Source of the DNA: Octopus sinensis
Lineage: Eukaryota
Reading direction: 5' to 3'
Assembly (NCBI RefSeq): GCF_006345805.1
Contig: NC_043007.1
Location: forward strand, 32,302,001-32,366,000
DNA: 64,000 nt
Of the stretch, positions 1 through 12,284 are shown in pieces. Under the pieces are notes generated by a model that worked only from the letters and a program-made list of their open reading frames with translations, had not been told where the DNA came from and searched no databases. The position numbers were made by a program, and so were the translations under genes. Each line of letters opens with the position of its first letter. The stretch's first letter is position 1.

Positions 1-240
1 CTTTAATGCCAGGAGATCTAAGAACTCACTGCCACTGAGAGGGTACCAACTAATATCAACTGAGGATAGATTTTGATAAAATAAGCCATTATTTTATATC
101 CATTATGATTCTGAAAATTGTGTGAACGATATTGTTGTGGAGTGGAGAAAAATTCAGAAGAAAACAACCTGGGTGAAAAGGAGAGAGCTTCATTGAAGTA
201 TGGAATAAAGATGTGTTTAAACCAGCCATGTCTGGTCCAA

Positions 241-645
241 AAATTCTTTTCTACTCTAGGCACAAAACTCGAAATTTTTGGAGAGGGAGTGGCCAGTCAA
301 TTAGATCGACTCCAGTACGCAACTGGTACTTAATTTATTGACCCTGAAAAGATGAAATGCAAAATTGACCTCGGCAGAATTTGAACTCAGAATGTAAAGA
401 CAGACGAAATACCTATTTCTTTACAACCCACAAGGGGCTAAACACTGAGGGGACAAACAAGGACTGACATACGGATTAAGTCAATTACATCGACCCCCAG
501 TATGTAACTGCTACTTATTTAATTGACCCCGAAAGGATGAAAGGAAAGGCAAAGTTGACCTTGGCGGAATTTGAACTCAGAACGTAGCTGCAGACAAAAT
601 ACTGCAAAGCATTTCACCCAGCGTGCTAACGTTTCTGCCATCTTG
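241..645 (-). mobile_element. SINE family A (tRNA-like head), two-unit tandem with head-truncated second unit
   Basis: Reverse complement shows an A-box-like TGGCAGAAACGTTAG and B-box GAGTTCAAATTC; two bodies are joined at aatac|ctatttcttt (408-420). The same family recurs at 11880, 17500, 37757, 45893, 54140. Confidence 0.8.
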
Positions 646-1337
646 CAAACTTCTTACCACAGCCATGTCTGTGCCTGATTCACTGATTAATACATGATTA
701 ATTGAAAACAGTGTGAATAAATAAGCATAATATTTAACAGTAATCTGATTGCTAAAGGGTTAATTTTATAGCAGCCATGTCTTCAATGAAAAGCCAGTGC
801 TGTATTAAAAAAAATGTCCATCACAAACATTGCAACATTAAATCCTTCCATGACTCACATCAGACATTTTGTCTAATCAGTAGACTAGACAACATCCTAC
901 TTGACCCCCTCAGCTTTCCTTCTTATCTGTGTCTTGTTGGTTGTAAGTAGAATGGCTCTTTCCAGGAAATAGTGACTTCTCAACTAATTAGCGCTAGGGT
1001 CAAATCTTTTACAGGTATCTTCTCATTGTGTCATTGAGCAACACTTGTAACAAATACTGCTTGCCTCAAATTTTCAATACAAATGTTGATTTGTTGGGAA
1101 TATTACCTATGATTGACTGGAGTTCTCTTTTTGTTTGATGGACTCCATGAAACACAATGACAAACACAAATCTTGTTAGCTCCTGCATCCTTCTTTTTAT
1201 ATATATTTCCTGGGTTTGCGGGAAGGGAACTCAGAAAATCTTTGAAATAATAATGTAATAAACTGAGTTATTTCCATGTTCACAATGGTTTACCTCATAG
1301 TTTCCACGGCTTTCCAGAGAGTATTGCTTGGACTTAC

Positions 1338-1367
1338 CATTTTTGGCAGCGTATAAGACACACTTTT
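1338..1367 (-). other. Candidate 30-nt micro-exon of an unidentified minus-strand gene
   Basis: On minus: ttcctttcattgttctataag|AAAAGTGTGTCTTATACGCTGCCAAAAATG|gtaagt. Good acceptor, perfect donor, all three frames open; no product recognised. Confidence 0.2.
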
Positions 1368-3184
1368 CTTATAGAACAATGAAAGGAATGTTAAACTTTC
1401 ATCAACTATTTATGAGTGGATGACAACAAAATCATAGTGAGGGCGCACCACACTTGTGACCAATCACAATTGCATTAAACATCATAGTCAGAAATACAAG
1501 ATTTACATCCCGAATGCCAATTCTCTTCACCAAAATATAAACAACTATAGAGTTGATTTGAAAGAAGGCAAAATTAAAATCTGCTGCTCATATAACAAAG
1601 TTTATTTTTGATAAATCTATTGTTTCATATTTTATTCCAGTCTACCGTTACAGCACTGCATTTATATGCACAGAATCGTACATTTTCCCCCAACACCACC
1701 ACTAAAATATTTTTCAATAAGTGTGTCATAAAACATACTAAACTTCTGTTTATTCCATAAATATACTTCTAAAACATGGGTGTATCTTATGCAAGAGTAC
1801 ATTTTATACATTGGCAAATATGGTACTCTATAAGTCCGATCTGTCTATAATGAAAGTGTATTTCTAATTTGGTTTTTGTTTATTTTAGAGAAGATAAATT
1901 TTCTCTTTCAACACATTTATAAACACAGTGTAGTGTTATTTGAATTCATGGCAAGTTTACCTTAAAATATTCAGCTTATCTGATATCAGTATCTCTCAGT
2001 GTGTCATGGATACCAGCCTCATTAAAACTTTCTGTAGTCTTACTTGACAGCTGGGCCATTACATGTTAGACCAAAGCATTTCATTCTAGAACCAGCCGTA
2101 TTCTTCGTGTTTTCTAAATCTATGACGCTCAGAAATACTAAATATGTCAGCAATTAATTTTTCCAGTTTTAAATCAGCCTAACTTTTTGTCACATTGGTG
2201 TAAGATAGTCAGACTGTTGCCAACTCTACAACGCTTTCTCTTAGACTAAATGTTGGGAGATGTACGAAACAGGAATGTTCTATAAATGTCAGGTATTTTA
2301 TTATTTTTTTCAACTGCATTGTTATGTGTGAGCTTGAAGGTGTAATGTTGTGTTGAAGCTGGAAAATCTGAACTATATACAGTGAGAAAATCTGAACTGT
2401 GCACAGGTGAGATTCTCTCACCTGTATACAAGTGAGAAGATCTTACACAAATAGAATGTTTCAGGAATTTCACAGTGAAGTGATAATGGCATGTTTATCG
2501 TAGAAGAATACAAATGAGTATGTAGCGTGCTCATTACTACAAGCTTTTGACTCACAGTTACAAGAATTGCTAATGTCCTTGGGAAAGTAACGAATACCAC
2601 AGGATTCCAAATTCCCTCCTGTAATATAAAACCTTTACACTTAATTAAGAAATGATTTTAAAATGCTATCTAGTCAATTTACAAATTATCTGAAATTTTA
2701 ATGAAACCTCTATCTTTATCATTACTAAACATAATTTAATAATGATAAAGATAGGGGTATCGACTGGCTCATAAATGGTGTTTATACATTAAGTATAATA
2801 CATAGATGGCTATTTTAGTTTAATACTGACTCACTTGCGTATACCGGATTAAATTATGTGTGGTATGAGTGCCTTTGCCTTTGAATAGAGAAAATAATAA
2901 GCTTTCACCATGGAGTCTGACTGTTTAATATGACATATAGATATTTCTTGGTCGGTATGTTATGAAGTGTGACAAATGTATGGACATAAAGTGTCAACTA
3001 TGATGAGACTGCTTTCATATTTATCATAGATTGTCCTTAACCTTTCTGTGAATTGCATTTAAGTTTAATCATTTATAGTCTTTGTCTTTATGGATTTTCT
3101 AAAATACCGATTCTGTTTACAATATAGTCAGTAGATATTGCTCTGGAATTTCAAATTTTCAGTTTAGTCTTCATTCAGTTACAT

Positions 3185-3431
3185 CAGGGGTTCTCGACCA
3201 TTTTCTTACCTATGGGCCCCTTTGATTCCTGTTTTTCCATTTGATGTTTAAAAAAACCCTATTGTATTTTCATAATTAAATATTATAAGGAACTGTATAG
3301 AAAAAAAATTGTTTAAATATTTTGTGTATTGTGGAAGCATAACCAGTTTTATTCGACCTTATTTTTAACAACCAAATCTTATATGGATCAACCTTCCCTG
3401 GGCCAAATTAAGCCCCAGTTTAGAACTACTA
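3185..3431. mobile_element. hAT-type MITE
   Basis: Perfect 8-bp TSD AGTTACAT at 3177-3184 and 3432-3439; left end CAGGGGTTCTCGA with a degenerate inverted right end. 8-bp TSDs are characteristic of hAT elements. Confidence 0.75.
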
Positions 3432-3710
3432 AGTTACATGATAAAGGCTTTTGTTTTTCTCCATTCGTATTGTATTGTCTTCATTCATTCCTTATTTTAA
3501 TAGTTTTCCAATGTAGCAAACACAAAACATTCAAGCTTAGGGCAGAGACTTCTGCTGTTGTTAACCAGACCCCCTCAGTTCTATCCATTTAAATTTGCCA
3601 CACATGCAACCAGCTGAAGAATTCTATGGAATGTTGTTCTGGCTATGTCTACCCCAATTTTATTATGGGCATACTGTCCTAATATTAGGAGTTGGTTAAG
3701 TGATTCCAAT

Positions 3711-3922
3711 TTAACCCTTTAGCATGTAAACCAGCCATACCTGGCCCAAATATTTCTACCAGTTATATATTCACACTGGCCAGATCTGGTCTCTCCCACT
3801 TAGCCTACAATGTCGTTTTGAAAATATGCAAATACATCATTGAAATCACAAAGCTACAGAATAACGCTTGATTGATTCAAAACAATGTGAATAAATAAGT
3901 TACGTGACTGCTAAAGGGTCAA
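3711..3922. mobile_element. piggyBac-like MITE family E
   Basis: Ends TTAA-CCCTTTAGCA ... TGCTAAAGGG-TCAA; TTAA target and CCC/GGG termini are piggyBac hallmarks. Partial copy at about 680-762; other copies listed separately. Confidence 0.75.
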
Positions 3923-6239
3923 AGATGCCTAGGAAAATCTCGTTGAGGAACTTTAGCTGTAACAACAGATTCATCAGTATTATCAAAGGCTCCATCATTG
4001 GTTAATTCAACAACATCTCCTCTCACACAGACTGGATGGACTCAATAAGAAATATAACTGAGAGTTCCATTGATTCTAACTTCAGTGAATTTGGTTTTAT
4101 GAACACAATATTTGACTATGTAGACTTGAGTATAATTAATGAAAGAAGTAATCAACCAACTAATTGAACACAAACTGTTTTTATATTTATTTTTCTTACA
4201 CAAGATGTTCAAAGTAATCATAGCTTCCTCGTAAATAAATAGTTTAATTTTGAACTAATTCTCAATTGCCTTTTTGTATTTGGGTATTTATTTTAGTCAG
4301 AGTTTATACGACCGAAACTATAATGTTTAAAACACTGAACCATCGTGTAATAACCACACGAGAATAAACTTCTGAAAGATACAGTACAAACACTTGTGGA
4401 ATGGAAATTGCTGCAGATTGAATCATGAGGCATCGTGGTATTGTTTTCGTGAAAATATTTTGCAAAGCGCTTATTTAAGAAAACAAATTCAAGACTGTGA
4501 ATAGAGCTTCTGTCATCTGATATCTTTCTGAAATGATCTAAATAAAACCAAGTGTTTTCTCAAACACACATGTGCACATTAGCATGCACACATTTGTAGA
4601 GGTGATAGGGTAATGCTATTAAGCAAATGGTTGGTCCCCAGCGAATAGCTTTTGTAACTCAGTATCTGTTGCCCTTTGAAGATGTTTCTCTTCACTTGGA
4701 CCACCAATGTCTTGTTATTCCTTTCCCTTAAAATATATGTCGACAGGGATCAGTTATTAAAAAAAAACAAAAAAAAAAACTGACAGAACCAGTGTTTGTG
4801 GAGACAAAGTATATGACTTGATCAGGTACTATCAGTCATAGGGTTTGGTCCACAGAAAGGATTCCATTTCGAAATTTGGTTTTTGATACATTTTTGGGCA
4901 TCCATTCTATTTGAAAAATGGGTATCTTTTTCATTTCATTGCTGCTTAGTTAACAATACAATAGTACAATAGTTAAGGTACTGTGTGTGTGTTTGTGTCT
5001 GTATTTGTTCCTCGCCACTGCTTGATAACTGGTGTTGGTGTGTTTACATCTCTGCAACTTAGCAGTTTAGCAAAAATGACCAATAAAATGAGTACCAGGC
5101 TTAAAAGAAGACAAAACAAGTACTTGGTTCAATTCATTCGACTAAGAATGTGTGTGTGTTCATGCAAGTATGCATTTGCCTGTACACATGGGGTGAATAC
5201 CCCTTCCCCTGCACTGCATTATCATTCAAGATGTTTTGCTTTTCTGGTACCATATGTTCCAAACACAGAATTATGTTCATAGGGTGTTTACAAACATAAT
5301 TCTGTGTTTGGGTACAAGAAAAGAAAAGTATTTTAAATGACTTAACTGGTGTTAGAGATGAGATTCACCAAATATAAATTCTTTAGAGATTTTTCACTCT
5401 CTTGAAATCTTTACTGGGTTTGATACACTTAGAAATTGTTTTCAGTTCAGCTGCAAAATCTATTCACATTTTTATAACTTTATAAATAAATTGGGTTGTT
5501 AGCTCCATTATCATCTAAAGCCTTCCTTCTTTCTTGCAAAGGCAGACTGTATATAGCCTGCATACAATGATTAATGGTAAACTTAATTGAGACTGGAGTG
5601 TTAGATCTAAAGACACTAGAGAAATGATTTGTGTAAGATCTGTTGAATGTGTAACTTTAACTTTACATGAAAGGCAGAGCATAAGTAGGAAGCTGAAGGC
5701 AGCTTGGCATCCAAAGCATCGATCAGCAAGGTGTCTCTGCATAGAATGGACATATAGTTTATCTATGATACAAATAGTCTCTGTTGGATGAATAAATTTC
5801 TAAATGTTGGCAGTTAAAGCTATCTGTAGCTGACACAGAGCAAATAACACATAAAGCGAGACGGTATTGTGAGGTGTAAAGATATTAACCCTCACAAACA
5901 AATTGATAGAAAACAGCATTATACAACACTTCAGATCCCATTCAGTCTGTGCCACCAGAAAAGCAGATGTTTAAACTATTTCAATGTCCACTTTTCTGTG
6001 CCTGCATGGGTCAGTCAGAGTTTATTGAAGCAGATTTTCTTTGGCTGGATGCCCTCCCAGTCACCAACCCTCATCTAATTCCAAGCAAGGTAATATTTCC
6101 CTCGTAGCCAGACATGTTTTTGTGTTTTCACAGAATATTGGATATCAATGACACTGCTTGTATGACAGTGACACTCATTTACAACTGGCAGACAATATCA
6201 AGACAAGAAAACACAGACATATACTCACTTGTATATACC

Positions 6240-7965
6240 TACTGCAGAGATGCTCAAAATATCTGGTGGTGTCGGCTATAGCCTAGTCACCCATATAGTT
6301 AACCAGGTGATACATGAAGGAGTCATACCCAATGACTGGTGTAGCAGCATCATAGTCAACTGCTACAAAGGTAAAGGTGATGCTTTAGATATGAATAATT
6401 ACAGAGATATCAAGTTGTTGCATCAGATAATTAATGTCACGGAGAGGATCATAGCCCAACTAATTAGAAAGAGAGTCAATTTAGATGAGATGCAGTTTGG
6501 GTTCATGCCAGGGAAAAGCACCACTGATGCTATATTTCTGGTAAGACATCTGCAGGAGAAATACCTCACCAAAGATAAACCTCTGTACCTGGCTTTCGTT
6601 GACATGGAGAAAGCCTTTGACATGGTCCCCCAATCCCTTATGTGGTGGTCAATGAGTAAACTAAGGATAGATAAATGGTTAGTGAGAGCAGGACAAGCCA
6701 TGTACAAGGACTCTGTCAGTAAGGTGAGGGTTAGCAACGAGTACAGTGAAGAATTCCAGGTAGAGGTAGGGGTCCACCAAGGTTCAGTTCTCAGCCCCCT
6801 AATAAGTAGGAAGGCAAACAAACCACAAATCCCTTCAGGTAGATGGCCCTGTTTAATCTGTAGAAAAGGCATAGGTAGAAACTCTATAAGATGTACCCTG
6901 TGTAAGCTATGGACACATAAGAGGTGCAGCAATATCAAAGGAAGGCTGACTGGGAAGATAGTTTTTGTATGTGGCAGATGCACAGGAGCAATAAACACTG
7001 AAAATGTGCAGAGAACTTCTGCCACCTTCCAGGGAGAAAAACTAGAAGTAGTTGATAGCTTCCATTACCTAGGTGACCAAGGTGGGTGCTCTGAAAGTGT
7101 AGCTACTAGAATAAGAATAGCCTGAGCAAAGTTCAGGGAGCTCCTACCTCTGCTGGTGACAAAGGGCCTCTCACTGAGACTAAAAGGTAAATTGTATGAC
7201 TCATGTGTACGAACAGCCATGCTACTTGGCAGTGAAACATGGGCCGTGTCTGCTGAGGACGTGTAAGCTCACAAGGAATGAAGCCAGTATACTCTGCTGG
7301 ATGTGTAATGCCAGTATGCAAACTCGACAGTGTTAGTGCCTTGAGAGAAAGGTTGGACCTAAGAAGCATCAGATGTGGTGTACAAGAGAAATGACTGCGC
7401 TGGTATGGTCATGTGGTGAGAATGGATGAGGATAGCTGTGTGAAAAAGTGTCAGACTCTAGCAGTTGAGGGAACCTGTGGAAGAGGTAGACACAGGAAGA
7501 CCTGGGATGAGGTGGTGAAGCACGACCTTCGAACATTAGGCCTCACCAAGGCAATGACTAGCGATCGAGACCTTTGGAAATATGCTGTGCTTGAGAAGAC
7601 CTGGCAAGCCAAGTGAGACCATAACCTGTGGCCTATGCCAGGGGTATAACCAGCCCACTTATGTGTACTTTTCCTTCATTGGACACTAAACTCTGCTTGT
7701 GAAGACCTGTTGAGGCAAGTGAAATCGAAATCAAACTCGACAGCACCGCTTGACTGGCATCTGTGCTAGTGGAGCACTAAGAGCACCATCCAAGCGTGAT
7801 CGTTGCCAGAGCAGCAAACTGGCTCCTGTGCCGGTGGCACATAAAAAGCACCATTCAAGCGTGATCATTACCAGCATCACCTCGGTGACACATGAAAAAC
7901 AACCTCAGTCAAATCGTCCAACCCATGCTAGCATGGAAAGCAAACGTTAAACGATGATGATGATG
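6240..7965 (+). mobile_element. 5'-truncated, internally deleted RTE-clade LINE (ORF2 RT remnant, C-terminus, 3' UTR with (ATG)n tail)
   Basis: Translation shows RT motifs (YKGKGD..NYR.IKLL, QFGFMPGKSTTDAIF, FVDMEKAFD, GVHQGSVLSPL), a premature TGA at 7123-7125, then RTE-like GSETW and RWYGHV.RM...GRGR.RKTW to the stop at 7614-7616; the 3' UTR ends gttaaacgatgatgatgatg. Confidence 0.92.
6850..6981 (+). other. PHD-type (C4HC3) zinc finger inside the RTE ORF2
   Basis: CLIC-x10-CTLC-x4-H-x2-C-x14-CGRC, in frame with the RT ORF (6229..7125). Confidence 0.8.
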
Positions 7966-8584
7966 TGTCCAGTGATGTATAATATCTGATTGTCTGGTCA
8001 ATTATGTGACCATGTTATACACACAGACACACGTTATTTGTTATAGATGAGGGGCATTTAACCATATGTATGTTGATAAATACACACATTTTGTTTCAAA
8101 CCTAATTATAAATTTGCCATTAGCAAGTGTTTTCAATCCCTCCAACTATAGAGAATATTGACATATAATAGCCTTGAGGTGGCTCTTTAGAATCGGTTGA
8201 TAAATGATACAATTGTGTCTGTCTCTAATCTATAGTTGTGACATTGACAAGCCTGTATTATTAGTATTATAATGTCATTTTGTAACACCTGGCTTACTGT
8301 AAATATTAAGGCAACATTTTGTATTAGATTCTAAAGAATGCATATCATGTGATAGGTTTATCTCTGTGAACAGAGCTATGCTAAGCCTGTTTAAATGTTT
8401 TTGATGGCAGAGGATAAAAATAAATGTTTTTTAGTGATGATGTGTCTTTAATGGCGAATGAATGTGAACTTTGTTTTAAAAAAAAATATTTTAAATATTT
8501 ACGATTTGAAAGAGAATGATTTGTGTGTGTGTGTGAGTTTATGTGAAAATAATATTAGCAAATGGTAAATAGATTCATCTCAAT

Positions 8585-8975
8585 TCGCTTACTTGTTTCA
8601 GTCATTTGACTGTGGTCATGCTGGAGCACCGCCTTTTAGTCAAACAAATCGACCCCACGACTTATTCTTTGTAAGCTTAGTACTTACTGTCAGTCTTTTG
8701 CTCAACTGCTAAGTTATAGGGACATAAACACACCAACATCATTTATTAAGCAATGGCGGGGGACAAACACAGACACACACATACAAATATATACATGTGT
8801 GTGTGTGTATATATGATGGGCTTCTTTCATTTTCTATTTACCAAATCCACTCACAAGGCTTTGGTTGGGCCAAGACTATAATAGAAGACACTTGCCCAAG
8901 GTGCCACACTGGGACTGAAACCGGGAACCATGTGGTTGGGAAGCAAGCTTCTTACCACATAGCCACTCCTGCGCC
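8585..8975 (-). mobile_element. SINE family B (tRNA-like head, central (TA)n(TG)n)
   Basis: Reverse complement of the consensus gcgcaggagtggctgtgtggtaag...ggttcagtccc...caccttgggcaagtgtcttc...gactgaaacaagtaa. Confidence 0.85.
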
Positions 8976-9019
8976 TATGTTCAAGACCCTTGTATATTGT
9001 ATATAGACTTTGAACATTA

Positions 9020-9067
<48 letters not shown>

Positions 9068-9695
9068 GGATAGGTCAATAGATAAAGTGATTGATTGACT
9101 GAGCTGGCAGAATTGTTAGCATTCCATGCAAAATGCTAAGGGATATTTCATCTGTCCTTATGTTCAAATTCTGGTGAGGTTGACTTCGTCTTTTATCCTT
9201 TTGGGGTTGATAAAATAAGGACCAGTCGAGCACTGGGGTCAATGTAATCGACTTAACTACTCCTGGGTAAGAGTACAAAATCTGTACTCCTTCACCAAAC
9301 CATGTTGAGCCAGGGTGGCAGAGTAGATTCATGAAACCAGAATGATCTCAAGCTCAAATTCCTGGCCTCCACATCAAACTGTGGTTGGTGGAAAGGAAAT
9401 GTGGAGGTCTTTGTCTTGCAATATACTGAAACATAAGCAATCCAATCTAATATATATATATATTCGAGTATGGTTGATGCCAGTGCCACCTGACTGGCTC
9501 CCGTGCTGGTGGAATGTAAAAAACACTCGCTAAACTCTCGGAGTGGTTGGCATTAGGAAAGGCATCCCCAGCTGCAGAAACCTTGCCAGATCGGATTGGA
9601 GCTTGGTGCAACCTCCTGGCTTGCCAGTCCTCGGTCAAATCATCCAACCCATGCCAGCATGGAAAACGGACATTAAACAATGATGATCATATGCA

Positions 9696-9732
<37 letters not shown>

Positions 9733-9859
9733 GTACATATATATATATTGGAACTCGGATCTCAAAACCCAGAAATGTGATAAAAATTAGTAAATTATTT
9801 TTGTATCTGTTTTTCCATGTTTGTAAGGAATGGACAATTCTTGCTCAGCGTCCTCTCTC

Positions 9860-10190
9860 ACCAACTTGTTACAGTCTCTTGACGACTGCTTCTTTGTTCA
9901 GTTTTGCCTCTTAAGATCCATCTTCACCACTTCTCGTATCTTCCCTTTCTGCAGATTCCACCCCCCTTTGATGCTTGGTACTTCTTCATCTGACTCTCCT
10001 CATCCATATAATCCATTCTGTCCACACCAATGAAGTCTTCTCTCTTGCACAATAACATTTGATTTTTCTTGCATCCAATTCTTCTCTCGGCTGATTCATG
10101 CTCCATTATTCATACACGCCAAACATCACACATTGCCAGCATTAGATGCTTACCTTATTTCTTACCTCCTCATTCAACATCCATCTTTCA
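9860..10190 (-). mobile_element. Old decayed RTE ORF2 C-terminal fragment
   Basis: Minus strand reads RRLHWCG...MDEESQMKKYQ, with a frameshifted EVVKMDL, parallel to the RTE C-terminus at 7390-7616. Confidence 0.55.
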
Positions 10191-10230
10191 TTATCAGACA
10201 ACTTTGCATTGCACACTCACATTTATCAAA

Positions 10231-10632
10231 TAACTAGCAGTATCGCCCGGCGTTGCTCGGGTTTGTTTCGACCCTTTAGAATTGGAATTTTTGAAAAGTA
10301 AAAATTTTGCATTATGTAGCTTGTTATTCTCTTTAAGTGAACATTTTTCTGGTTGAAATACACCGAAAAATGGTGACACAGCAGTTAAAAAATCGTAAAA
10401 AAAATAGGGATTTTCATAGAAAAAAAGCACCTTTTTGATGTAAATAATTTTTGGTGTTAACATGGTCCGATTTGAATTTTTTCTTCTACATAAGGAAGAG
10501 CAAGCCTTCTTCTATCATACTCTCAATTTTGGTCAACTTGTGCCGCAGGGTCTCGGAGGAGATAGTGTTAGTTGAAGGCTGCCAAAAATGCCGTACACAG
10601 ACAACTTCAGCTTTATATCCAGAGAGATATAT
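10231..10632 (+). mobile_element. Non-autonomous Helitron/Helentron-like element
   Basis: Starts TAACTAGCAGTATCGCCCGGCGTTGCTCGGG (ACTAG plus short hairpin) and ends acagacaacttcagctttatat..agagat, resembling DINE-1/Lep1-type rolling-circle element ends. Confidence 0.55.
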
Positions 10633-10656
10633 ATATCCTTCTTGGGTCCGTTAAAA

Positions 10657-11150
10657 TCATCATCACCATCATTTAATGTCTGTTCGCCATGCTGGTTTTG
10701 TCAGGAGCCAAGAAGTGAGAAGATTATGCCAAACTCCAATGTTTGCTTTGGCATGCCCTTCATAACCCCAACCACTTTGCAGTGTACTGGGTAATTTATA
10801 CACGGTACCAGCACTGGTGAGGTCACCAACTCACAAGTCAAGATCCCTGAACTGGGGACATGGCAGTACATTATTGAGGGGAGTGGCTTTATATCAGGGG
10901 TGATGAGAGGTTGAAGGATGATGGAGGGACAGGAACAGGCGTCTTGCAGTAGAGGAGGAGATGCAGAGTTATTCCTGTTGGAAAAAGAGAGATGATGATG
11001 GAAGAGGGGTCACATTGTGGTCCTCATTCATTCAGTCAAGGCCAACAGGGCAACCCCAGACTCTTGAGACGACACCTCTCCATGTGCCTCAGTTCGCCAT
11101 ACTAGAGTACAACTCAGCAGTAATGGTGTAGCTGGCACCTTCTTCAATAT
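10657..11150 (-). mobile_element. Decayed repeat carrying the RTE-type (ATG)n 3' tail
   Basis: Begins catcatcaccatcatttaatgtctgtt..ccatgctgg, the reverse of the tail shared with the RTE at 7930-7965; internal part divergent. Confidence 0.45.
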
Positions 11151-11158
11151 GTCTGTAT

Positions 11159-11585
11159 AGGTGTAGGAGTGGCTGTGTGGTAAGTAGCTTGCTTACCAAC
11201 CACATGGTTCCGGGTTCATTCCCACTGCGTGCCACCTTGGGTAAGTGTCTTCTACTATAGCCTCGGGCCGACCAGAGCCTTGTGAGTGGATTTGGTAGAC
11301 AGAAACTGAAAGAAGCCCATCGTATATATGTGTGTATATATATATGTGTGTGTCTGTGTGCGCATATATGTTTGTGTGTCTGTGTTTGTCCCTCCCAACA
11401 TCGCTGTACAACCGATGGTGATGTGTTTACGTCCCCGTAACTTAGCGATTCGGCATAAGATACCGATAGAATAAGTACTAGGCTTACAAAGAAAAAGTCC
11501 CGGGGTTGATTTGCTCGACTAAAGGCAGTGCTCCAGCATGGCCACAGTCAAATGACTGAAACAAGTAACAGAGTAAAAAAGAGAG
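11159..11585 (+). mobile_element. SINE family B, full length
   Basis: Head gtaggagtggctgtgtggtaagtagc, B-box-like gggttcattccc, central microsatellite, tail gactgaaacaagtaacagagtaaaa. Confidence 0.88.
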
Positions 11586-11879
11586 ATATGTTTCCTGTCA
11601 TGGCACCACCATTTAAACGGTCTCCTAGACAACGAGTCTTGAAGTGAAGAGGGTCAAGGTGGTGCTTACTCTGTTGAGTCTCAGTTTTCTTTGTTAAATG
11701 TTTGCAATCACCATGGCAGACCAACATCAATCACACAAACACAATAATAGTCTTGGTTTAATGTTATATCACTTCTCTTTTACTTTGGAAATGTCTGGTC
11801 TTTAACGAAGAAATCAATAGATTTGATTACATATTGCTAAGAAGGTCATTTTTTTTTTCTTTTTGTATATTAGCCTACA

Positions 11880-12284
11880 CTTTCAATACCTATTTCTTTA
11901 CTACCCACAAGGGGGCTAAACAAACGGATTGAGTCGATTACATTGACCCCAGTGCGTAACTGGTACTTATTTAATCGACCCTGAAAGGATAAGTTGACCT
12001 CAGCGAAATTTGAACTCAGAACGTAGCGGCAGATGAAATACCTATTTCTTTACTACCCACAAGGGGCTAAAAATATAGGGGACAAACAAGGACAGACAAA
12101 TGGATTGAGTCGATTATATTGACCCCAGTGCGTAACTGGTACTTATTTAATTGACCCCCGAAAGGATGAAAAGCAAAGTCGACCTCGGCGGAATTTGAAC
12201 TCAGAATGTAGCAGCAGACGAAATACCGCTAAGCATTTCGCCCAGCGTGCTAACGACTCTGCCAGCTCGCCGCCTTTCAATACC
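11880..12284 (-). mobile_element. SINE family A, two-unit tandem with 11-bp TSD
   Basis: CTTTCAATACC at 11880-11890 and 12274-12284; internal junction aatac|ctatttcttt at 12037-12050. Confidence 0.88.

Noticed and set aside
6423-7025. 200-aa minus-strand ORF
   Set aside because: Antisense shadow of the RTE reverse-transcriptase frame; the same applies to 56819-57112 (CR1) and 42136-42462 (RTE).
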